This document shows positions 11,206 through 20,000 of a DNA stretch of 20,000 nt, in pieces. Under the pieces are notes generated by a model that was not told the DNA's origin, ran no database searches, and worked only from the letters and a program-made list of their open reading frames with translations. A program made the position numbers and the translations under genes. How positions within the stretch are numbered: position 1 is the stretch's first letter; each line of letters starts with the position of its first letter. Source of the stretch: Malacoraja senta (lineage: Eukaryota). The stretch covers positions 246,013 through 266,012 of the forward strand of contig JAXLNO010000319.1 in the NCBI GenBank assembly GCA_038087875.1, read 5' to 3'.

Positions 11206-12035
11206 CAGTTTTAACCTGCTGCAACTTACACACTACATTCGGGCTACTATTTGGGGGTCTGTAGATAACACCAATTACTGGTCTTCTTGCCTTTACAATT
11301 CCTCAACTCATTCCAGGGTGCCTCTACCTCGTCAGTCCCGATGTCTTCCTTCGCGGGGGACTGAATTGCGTCCTCCACAGCAGAGCTACCCCTTTTCCTT
11401 TCTATAGGATATATAACCCTGAATATTTAGTTCCCAGGCTCGATCCCCCTGGAGCCACGTCTCAGTAATCCCACAATGTCATATCTACCAACCTCTAACT
11501 GAGGCTCAAGCTCATCTACTTTATTTCTTTTTATTTCGCGCATTGAAATACATTACTTTTAATTCCTTACGCATCTCACTTTTCACATCGATCTCTATTA
11601 CAAATGGCCATACACTTCCATCCCTTTGTGAGCTTTCTTTCCCGTTAATTCTGGGGTCATTACTATCCATTTACTCCCTTTCCCTTTAACTCCGTCCTTT
11701 ATCCCATTTGACACCCCCCCCCTTATTTAGTTTAAAATTGCCCGTGTAGCAGTGGCAACCTGGCTGCCAGAATGCTGGCACCCCACTGTTAAGTTGCCAT
11801 CCGTCCCTTTGCACAGTTCCGCTTTACTTCAAAAACAGATCCCAGTGGTCTAAGGATCTAAATCCCTACCCCCTGAAACAGTTCCTCAGCCACACATTCA
11901 CGTTCTGTTTCTTCCTGGTTCCTGCTGTCGCCATCACGAGGAACTGGAAGCAAACCGGAGATAACCACCCTGGAGGTCCTGCTTTTCTGCATTTTTCTGA
12001 GCCCTCTAAGTCACGCTGCAGAATATTTATCCCAT
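11206..12035 (-). mobile_element. CR1-A copy 1, segment 3 (ORF2 endonuclease N-terminus, linker, ORF1 esterase-like C-terminus)
   Basis: Colinear with 16325-16863 plus 18913-19217. Minus-strand translation gives YFNARN..KVDEL and ETWLQ (endonuclease) and VNVWLRNCFRG/DHWDLF (SGNH-esterase-type CR1 ORF1). Confidence 0.88.
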
Positions 12036-12260
12036 TTCGCGCCGGCTGCAAATCCGGGGCCGCCCCGCCAGCGCAGGGCCACCCGGACAGAGAGGAGACA
12101 CCCGGGAGTGGAGGGGGACGGCCCAGCAGCGACTCAGCAGCGTTTAGAGCCAGGCCCGACCACGACCACGGACGAAAGGCAAGCCTGCACACAACGCAGC
12201 ATCAAAGTGGCCGAGACTGTTTATTGCAAGTGACGTATGACGTGTGCATGCGCATTGGGG
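12036..12260. promoter_or_regulatory. CpG-rich promoter-like segment
   Basis: High GC/CpG content. GC box CCGCCCC 12060-12066, two TGACGT half-CREs (12231-12236, 12238-12243), NRF1-like TGTGCATGCGCA 12243-12254, ATTGG (reverse CCAAT) 12254-12258. Function not demonstrated. Confidence 0.4.
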
Positions 12261-12296
12261 ATACGAACTCACTTATTCCTCTTTACCATTCCAGTC

Positions 12297-12545
12297 CATA
12301 TTCATAAGTTCCCATTCACAGTTTTTGGAATAGAATTTGGCTATTCGACCCATGGAATCTACTCCGTCATTCAATCACGGCTGATCACTGGCCTCCTTTG
12401 TCCCATTTCTTGCCTTCACCCCATAGCACTTGACAGCTGTTCTAATCAAGAATTGTCTATCTCTGCCTAAAAATATCCACCGACTTGGCCTCCACAGCCC
12501 TATGTGGCAATGAGTTCCACAGATTAACAACCTTCTGAATAAATA
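12297..12545 (-). mobile_element. Short degenerate CR1 3'-end fragment
   Basis: GGCTATTCGACCC stem-loop remnant, CATTCAATCACGGCTGATC and TGGCCTCCACAGCCCTATGTGGCAATGAGTTCCACAGA resemble the CR1-C 3' end (7920-8130). Confidence 0.8.
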
Positions 12546-13293
12546 ATGTAGCTTTCTTCATCTATCCGCCAAATATTGTAATGATGTTATTCATGTGTAA
12601 CCCATCCTCTTGTACAGCGTACCTGACTTTACATACAACGTGTTGCTAGGCCTGTACACTTTGGCCCCGAAACATAATTGTTGCTACGATAGCATTGATG
12701 TTATATTCCATTACAATTCGGGAGTCAGTTAGGTGTGTTTAGGAAGGAGAAAGATACCCATGCTATCAAAATTATTTCTCAGGTAAGGTCCTGACGGTGC
12801 AAATCGGGTTGGAGGGGGTGCGGGGGGGGGGGCGGGGGTTGGTGGGCTTCTTGTTTGTATATCTAATGATGCTGGGTTGAGCGGACAATATTTAGCAAAG
12901 TCGCTAAAACGCCAAGCACGGTGATTTCATGAATATAGTTCACTTACTTTAAAAATATTGCTTAAATTGACGTACTGCATATAAACCTGTTACACTTTCT
13001 TATACAGCCAAATTTGATAACTGGAATAAGCTTACAGCAGAGATGGGGAGAGCCGGTATAACGATAAGCCTCACAAGGCACTAGGCAAACCAAGGAAATA
13101 TCGAAATCACGGAATGATATGACCCAATATATAGAAATTGAAGTTGTCTATATGGCCAAAATGGTAGAAGTGGATGTGGAGGGACTGAAAGACGGTGCTA
13201 TGTTGTGCCCTATTCTTGTAATTCTGAGAATATATCTGTGTAATATCAGATATTATTTTTAAAAACTGGCATGACAACGTATCTTAGGCCTGT

Positions 13294-14305
13294 GTCGTGG
13301 AGTCATAGAGCGATACAGTTTGGAAACAGGCTCTTTGGCTCAACTCGCCCATACCGGCCCAACATGTCCCAGGTACCCTAGATCCATTTGCCTGCGTTTG
13401 ATCCATATCCTTCTAAACATGTCCTATACATGTACCTGTTTAACTGTTTCTCAAATCGATGGGACAGTCCCAGCCTCACCTATTACTCTCATTATTTTGT
13501 TTACCTCTATACGATCTCCCGCTCATCCTCCTGCGCTCCATGGAATAGAGACCAGCCTACTCACTTCTCCCTATAGCTCACATCCTCTAGACCTGGCAAC
13601 ATCCTCGTGAATCGTCTCTGAACTGTTCACGTTTGACAATATATTTTCTATAACAGGGTGCCCAGAACTGAACACATTATTCTAAATGGGGTCTCACCAA
13701 CGTCTTATACAACTGCAAAATGACCTCCCAACTTATTTACTCTACACGCTGACTGATGAAGGCCAAAATGCCAAAAGCCATTTTGACCACCTTATCTACC
13801 TGCGACTCCGAACTTCAAGGAAACATGCACCTGCACTCCTAGATCCCTATACTCTACAACAATTCCCATTTACTGTGTAGGTACTGCCCTTTTTCGACGC
13901 CCGAAACTGCAACACCTCACACTTCTCTGTATTCAATTATATCAATCATTCCTCCGCCCACTTGGCCAATCGATCCAGATCCTGCTGCAATCGTTCACAA
14001 ACATCATCACTATCTGCAACACCACTAACTTATGCATTATCAGCAAACTTGCTGATGTTGCCCTGCGTGTTCTCATATAAATCAATGATGCAGATGACAA
14101 ACAGTAACGGGCCCAGCACCGAACCCCGAGGCACATCATTAGTCAGAGGCCTCCAGTCTGCGAAACAATCTTCCACCATCACCATCTGCTTTCTTCCATG
14201 GACGCAATTTGCTATCCATTCGCCTATCTCTCCCTGGATCCCTTGCGATCCATTATTCCCGAGCAACCTACCATGCGGAACATTGTCGAATACCTGACTG
14301 AAATC
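13294..14305 (-). mobile_element. 5'-truncated CR1-clade LINE 'D' (RT C-terminal half), inside the inverted segment
   Basis: Tail GAGTCATAGAG and GGAAACAGGC stem region at ~13300-13345. DFSQVFDNVPHGRLL and VPRGSVLGPLLF...ISKFADN in ORF 14030..14398. Reverse-complement match to 19276-20000. Confidence 0.88.
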
Positions 14306-14348
14306 CTCTAGGGCGAAGGTGAACAGCCAGAAGTGGTAGTGTCGGCAG
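14300..14348 (+). mobile_element. Short piece of CR1-A ORF1 displaced by the inversion
   Basis: GAAATCCTCTAGGGCGAAGGTGAACAGCCAGAAGTGGTAGTGTCGGCAG matches the reverse complement of ~19239-19281 (EIIKGEGVQPEVVVHVG). Confidence 0.85.
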
Positions 14349-14660
14349 TGGGCGCGAATTACCTCCGTGTTGTTGCCCATTCTTCCATCCCTTTCCACAG
14401 TCGAACCTATAACCTACAATTCCTAAAAAACTTGGGACAAAGCAAGTTACCATCATGCACCAATGCTTTCCCATATATTCACTATACTTCTGCTATACAT
14501 ATTACTACTCCATTTTCTATCTAATCTATTATGTTCTGCTCTATCACTGTATACCTATTCCTATTCCGTTCCCTAATATACTCTTTATTATCCTAGGATC
14601 AACGCTAATCAGCCTCCATCATACTCACACGGTTACCATATGTATATCTGGTGATGGATT

Positions 14661-16863
14661 ACATAGAAACATAGAAACATAGAAAATATGTGCCGGAGGA
14701 GACCATTCGGCCCTTCGAACCAGCACCGCCATTCAGGGATGATCGTCCCCAATCAATAACTACTGCCTGCCTTTTCCCAATATCCCTTGATTCCACTAGC
14801 CCCTAGAGCTCTATCTAACTCCCTCTTAAATCAATCCACTGATTTGGCCTCCACTGCCCTCTGTGACAGGGAATTCCACAAAGTCACAACTATCTGAATG
14901 AAAACTTTTTCCTCACCTCAGTCTTAAATGGCCTACCCTTTATTCTAAGACGGTGGCCCCTGGTTTTAGACTCGCCTAACATTGGGAACATTTTTCCGGC
15001 CTCCAGCTTGTGCAGTCCTTTTATAATTTTATATGGGTCTATAAGAATCCCGCTCATCCTTCTAAACTCCAGTGAATACAATCCTGGTCTTTGCAATCGT
15101 TCCTCCTGTGACAGTCCCGCCATCCCAGGGATCAATCTCGTGAAACTTCGCTGCACTGCCTCAATCACAAGGATGTCCTTCTTCAAATTAGGAGACCAAA
15201 ACTGTACACAATACTTCAGATGTGGTCTCACCAGAGCCCTTTACAACGGCAGAAGAACCTCTTTACGCTCTACTGAAATCCTCTTGTTATGAACGACAAC
15301 ATTCCATTAGCTTTCTTCAATGACTGCAGTACCTGCACGCCAACTTTCAGTGAATGCTGTCAAAGGACATCCAGGTTTCGCTGTACCTCCCCCTTACTTT
15401 ACCTTATCATCCTTCTGTCCCATTACTATTTCCTCGCCTAATTTCAGTTCCTCTACCCCCTTAGATCCTCTGTCCTCCAGTACATCTTGGAGATTGTTTG
15501 TGTCTTCCTCAGTGAAGACAGATCCGAAGTACCCATTCAACTCTTCTGTTATTTCCTTGTTGCCATAATAATGTCACCCGTGTCTTCCTTCAAGGGACCC
15601 ACATTTGACTTTGCTACTCTTTTTCCCTTAACATATCTAAAGCAGCTTTTACTGTCCTTCTTTATATTCCTGGCCAGCTTCCCCTCGTACTTCCTCTTTT
15701 CAACTCGCATTGCTCGTTTTGTTTCCTTCTGTTGTCCTATGAAAGTTTCCCAATCCTCTGGCTTCCGGCTACACTTTGCTTTGTTATACACCTTTTATTT
15801 TACTTTTATTGTATCCCTAACTTCTCTTGTCAGCCACGGTTGCCTCCTACTCCACTTAGCATCTTTAATTCCTTTTTGGAAAGAAATGTCCTGCGTCTGC
15901 TGGATTATGCCCAGAAATTCCTGCCATTGCTGTTCCACCGTCATTTCTGCTAGTAACCCCAGTTCCAGTCTAGCTTGGCCAGCTCCTCTCTCATGCCTTC
16001 ATCGACTCCTTTGTTCAACTGCATCACTGACACCCGATTTAACGTTCTCCTTCTCAAATTGCAGGTTAAAACTAATCATATTATGTCACTACCTGCAAGC
16101 GGTTCCTTTATTTCGAATCCTCTTATCAAATTTGATTCATTAGACAACACTAAATCCAGAATTGACTTTTCTCTGGTCGGCTCCATTATAAGCTGCTCTA
16201 AATATCCATCTCGGAGGATCTCTACAAACTCTCTTTCCTTGGGGTCTGAAGCAACCTGATTTTCCCAGTCTGCCTGTATATTGAAAGTCCGCATCACCAC
16301 AGTGGCATTACCTTTGTTACATGCCAGCTTTAACCTGCTGCAACTTACACTCTACATTCGGGCTACTATTAGGGTGTCTGTAGATAACAGCAATTACTGT
16401 TTTCTTGCCTTTACAATTCCTCAACTCAATCCAGAGCGCCTCTACCTGGTCAGTTCCCATGTCTTCCTTCGCAGGGGACTGAATTCCATCCCTCACCAGC
16501 AGAGCTATCCCTCCTCCTCTGCCCACCTGCCTTTCCTTTCTGTAGGATATATAACCCTGAATATTAAGTACCCAGGCCCGATCCTCCTGGAGCCACGTCT
16601 CAGTAATCCCCACAATGTCATATCTACCAACCTGTAACTGAAGCTCAAGCTCATCTACTTTATTTCTTATATTTCGCGCATTCATATACATTACTTATAA
16701 TTCCTTACGCATCTCACCTTTCACATCGATTCCTATTACAAATGGACATTCTCTTCCTTCCCTTTGTGAGCTTTCTTTCCCGTTAATTCTGGGGTCATTA
16801 ACTATCCCTTTACACTAATTCCATTTAACTTCGTCCTTTATCCCATTTGCCACCCCCACCTTA
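14661..16863 (-). mobile_element. CR1-A copy 2 (3' tail to ORF2 start), with most of the RT domain internally deleted
   Basis: Tail (CATAGAAA)3 at ~14661-14686. RPHLKYCVQFWSP (ORF 14890..15231). Endonuclease MYMNARNIRNKVDEL...GITETWLQ...GGGIAL (ORF 16317..16691). No QGSVLGP/FADD block between the linker and the RT C-terminus. Confidence 0.92.
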
Positions 16864-17481
16864 TCTATATACTTTTAAAACTCTGTGTGTGCGTGTGTGT
16901 GGGTGTGTGTGTGTTTATTTGTGGGTGTCACATTTGGCCTTTGATTCCTTGGTCCGCCAAAATAACACGCGAAAACTACGAGATTTTTTTTCCATTTCGC
17001 TAGACATTACACTTGTACATACCCTAACACCCACCTTATTAGATTTAGACATTTTTATGTACAGATTTTTAAATAAAATCCATCCCCCACCCCCCCCCCC
17101 ACTCACTCATTTTGTCGCCAACTGCTGACCAGCCACCATAACGGCTGCTGCCGCCCGGCTCTGCTCCAAAAACGCCGACTTTTTTTTCTTTCGCTAGCGA
17201 TTTTCGCTGCTGCCGCCCGCCTCTCCTCCACTACCCCCCCCCCGGGCCGGCTCTCTCACGCTGGCTCAAGCGCCCGGCTATCCTCCAAAAACGCCAAATT
17301 TTTATTTTTTCGCTGTCGATTTTCACTGCTGCGATTTTCACTCTTTCCGAGGACGCCCAAAAGCAGCGGCGGAACAACCCATCTTTGCCTTCAGTCAGCG
17401 TCACAGAGCCGGGCGCGTCAACGGCTGTGGGCCCGCAGCCCCATTGAGGGCGTGCACAGCGTCTCGAGGTTGTGCGTTATA

Positions 17482-17580
17482 GACCAAGCGCAGGCAATTG
17501 GGACTAGATTAGCTGGGACATTGTTGGCCCATGTGGGCACGTTGGGTCAAAGGGCCTGTTTCCACACTGTATTACTCTAA
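17482..17580 (+). mobile_element. CR1/HER1-type 3' tail fragment inside the Helitron
   Basis: GGGACTAG...TTGGGTCAAAGGGCCTGTTTCCACACTGTATTACTCTA resembles the sense-strand CR1-D tail (reverse complement of 13300-13385). Confidence 0.75.
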
Positions 17581-17655
17581 TGCACAAACTGCACGCAGAA
17601 AGCACTTAAAGTTAGGAGTGAACCTGGATCTCTGGAATGGGAAGACTGTGGCTCT
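17581..17655 (-). mobile_element. Probable degenerate tRNA-derived SINE head fragment inside the Helitron
   Basis: CAAACTGCACGCAGAAAGCAC...AGGAGTGAACCTGGATCTCTGG has a B-box-like GGTTCAC on the minus strand and resembles elasmobranch SINE heads (recall only). Confidence 0.5.
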
Positions 17656-17769
17656 CATACAGTTCATGAGTTAATGGAACTAGTTAGAGAGCCAGAAAAT
17701 GAACAAGAGCTACAAAATTAAGATAGTTGGGCAATTAACAATATTAATATAATATCAAGGGATGGTTAG

Positions 17770-17910
17770 AGTGTGTGTTTGGGGGTGGGGTTGGTTAGTG
17801 TGTGTGTTGGGGGGTGGTTAGTGTGTGTTGATGGGGGTGGTCAGTGTGTGTGTTGGGGGGATGGTTTGTGTGTGTGTGTGTGTGGGTGGGGGGTGGTGGT
17901 TATTGTGTGT
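17770..17910. repeat. GT/G-rich low-complexity tract (degenerate GTGTGTGTTGGGGG..GGTTA units)
   Basis: Directly visible. Confidence 0.9.
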
Positions 17911-17958
17911 GACGCAGCAACCTGCCCGCCCCCGCAACCGCGTGTTGAATGTATGGTA

Positions 17959-18632
17959 CCCTCCCCGCCTCTCCCCCCTCCCCCCTCTTCCCCCTCCCCA
18001 CTCTCTGATCCCTTCCCCACCTTCCCTCCCCCTCCCTCCCCCTTCCCCTCCCCTCCCTCCCTCCCCCCTCTTCCCCCTCCCCACTTCCCTATCCCCACTC
18101 TCTATTCCCTTCCCCCCTCTTGCCCTCCCCCATCTTCCCCCTCCCCTCTCCCCTTCTGCTCCCACCCCTCTCCCCTCCTCCACCCTCCCTTCGCCCCTCC
18201 TCCAACCCCACTCTCCCCTCCTCCAACCCCCTCTCGCCTCCTCCAACCCCCTCTCCCCTCCAGACCTCTCTCCGCTCCCCCAAACCCCCTAACTCCACCC
18301 TCTCTCCCCACTCCTCCTCCTCTCTCTCCCCTCATCTCCCCCACCTCTCTTCCCACCTCCTCTCCCCTCCACTCTCTTCCTGCCTCCTCCCCTCCCTCTC
18401 GCCCTCCCTCTCCCCCTCTCCCCCTCTCTCTCCTCCCCCTCTCTCTCCCCTCTCCACCCCCCCTCTCTCCCGCATCTCTGTCTCCCCCTCTCTCCCCTCT
18501 CTCTCTCTCCCTCCTCTCTCTCCCCTCCTCTCTCTCTACCCTCTCTCTTTCTCTCTCTCTTCCCTCTCTCCTCTTCCCCCTCCTCTATCCCTGTCTTCTT
18601 CCCCTCCTCTATCTCTCTCTTTCTCTCCCCTC

Positions 18633-18668
<36 letters not shown>

Positions 18669-18812
18669 CTTCCCCCCACTCACCGCTCCCCTCCCCATCC
18701 CTCTCTCTCTGCCTTCCCCCCAATCCCCCCATCCCCAATCTCTCCCCATCAACCCCTCTCCATCTCCCCCTATACTTCGCCCTTTCCCTGTCTCCTCCAC
18801 CTCCTACCCCCC
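17959..18812. repeat. About 850-bp polypyrimidine (C/T) low-complexity tract
   Basis: Almost purely C/T on the + strand, grading into (CT)n near 18636-18665. Confidence 0.95.
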
Positions 18813-18912
18813 TGTGTGTGGGGGGATTGGTTAGTGTGCGTGTGAAGCCGCAGCAACCCCCCGGCAAACGCGCGTTGGGGAGACAGACGCAACGGGTCTG
18901 CACCTGGTCTAG

Positions 18913-19281
18913 TTTCGAGTAAAATTACCCGTGTAGCAGTGGCAAACCTGGCTGCCAGAATGCAGGCCCCCCACCTGTTAAGTTGCAATCCGTCCATTTT
19001 GTACAGTTCCGCTTTATTTCAAAACAGATCCCGGTGGTCTAAGTATCTAAATCTCTACCCCCTGAAACGATTCCTCAGCCACACATTCACGTTCTGTATC
19101 TTCCTGTTCCTCTCTCGCCAGCACGAGGAACTGGAAGCAAACGGAGATAACCACCCTGGAGGTCCTTCTTTTTCTGCATTTCTGAGCTCTCTAAATTCAC
19201 TCTGCAGAATATTCATCCGCTTCTTTCCGACATTGTTTCTGCCGACATGCACTACCACTTCCGGCTGTACACCTTCGCCCT
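18913..19281 (-). mobile_element. CR1-A copy 2, ORF1 esterase-like region
   Basis: QPEVVVHVGRNNVG, NVNVWLRN and DGLQLNRWGACILAARF are SGNH-esterase-like CR1 ORF1 blocks. Colinear with 11726-12035. Confidence 0.85.
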
Positions 19282-20000
19282 TGATGATTTCAGTCAGGTA
19301 TTCGACAATGTTCGCATGGTAGGTTGCTCGGGAATAATGGATCGCATGGGATCCAGGGTGAGATAGGCGAATGGATAGCAAATTGCGTCCATGGAAGAAA
19401 GCAGATGGTGATGGTGGAAGATAGTTTCGCAGACTGGAGGCCTGTGACTAATGGTGTGCCTCGGGGTTCGGTGCTGGGCCCGTTACTGTTTGTCATCTGC
19501 ATTATTGATTTATATGAGAACACGCAGGGCAACATCAGCAAGTTTGCTGATAATACATAAGTTAGTGTATTGCAGACAGTGATGATGTTTGTGAACGATT
19601 GCAGCAGAACCTGGATCGATTGGCCAGGTGGGCAGAGGAATGATTGATAGAATTGAATACAGAGAGTGTGAAGTGTTGCAGTTTCGGACGTCGAAAAAGG
19701 GCAGCAAATGGGAATTGTTGTAGAGTATAGGGATCTAGGGGTGCAGGTGCGAGTCGCAGGTAGATAAGGTGGTCAAAATGGCTTTTGGCATTTTGGCCTT
19801 CATCAGTCAGCGTGTAGAGTAAAGATGTTGGGAAGTCATTTTGCAGTTGTATAAGACGTTGGTGATACCCCATTTAGTAACCCCATGTGTTCAGTTCTGG
19901 GCACCCTGTTATAGAAATATATTGTCAAAACGTAAAACAGTTCAGAGACGATTCACGAGGATGTTGCCAGGTCTAGAGGATGTGAGCTATAGGGAGAAGT
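19276..20000 (+). mobile_element. CR1-D copy 2 (RT C-terminal half; runs off window end)
   Basis: NGVPRGSVLGPLLFVIC...ISKFADN (ORF 19324..19560). Reverse-complement match to ~13562-14305. Confidence 0.9.

Larger units (their letters stand above)
16864..18912 (+). mobile_element. Non-autonomous Helitron (rolling-circle transposon)
   Basis: 5' TCTATATAC at 16864, 3' CTAG at 18909-18912, subterminal hairpin CAGACGC-AAC-GGGTCTG at 18884-18900. Inserted between A (16863) and T (18913) with no TSD. Empty site CCTTA|TTTAG at 11721-11730. Confidence 0.9.

Noticed and set aside
11866..12192. 108-aa minus ORF; likewise 14030..14398 and 19055..19381
   Set aside because: They span rearrangement junctions and join unrelated fragments.
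14360..14660. Possible mitochondrial insertion (G-poor, hydrophobic 75-aa ORF)
   Set aside because: No recognisable mitochondrial protein or tRNA motif; composition alone is insufficient.
17143..17341. Repeated GCTGCTGCCGCCCG / CTCCAAAAACGCC / CGATTTTC blocks as a CRISPR-like array
   Set aside because: Only 2-3 irregular degenerate repeats inside a Helitron in eukaryotic DNA, with no regular spacers.
17773..18903. Long Pro/Ser/Leu-rich and Gly/Arg/Glu-rich ORFs (e.g. 353 aa, 241 aa, 204 aa)
   Set aside because: They arise from stop-free C/T low-complexity DNA that is open in nearly all frames.

Overview
Vertebrate repeat-dense DNA with no recognisable host gene. The CR1/HER1-type LINEs and HE1-like SINE piece suggest a cartilaginous fish, probably a skate or ray (inference from repeat style only). 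The window resolves into two diverged copies of one compound unit of about 5.1 kb (position 1 aligns with 15391), built on an internally deleted CR1 LINE, and each copy was modified independently. Copy 1 carries a 5'-truncated CR1 (840-2951) and a full-length decayed L1 (3060-11190) with a perfect 15-bp TSD. That L1 contains a younger CR1 (7887-9814), which in turn holds an 89-bp TSD-flanked insert (9527-9615) resembling a minimal Penelope-type hammerhead ribozyme. Copy 1 also has an inversion of about 2.3 kb (12036-14350). Copy 2 carries a non-autonomous composite Helitron (16864-18912). A CpG-rich segment with CCAAT, NRF1-like and CRE half-site motifs (12036-12260) is the main sequence not explained by transposons. 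Most long ORFs in the track are retroelement fragments, antisense shadows or low-complexity artefacts.
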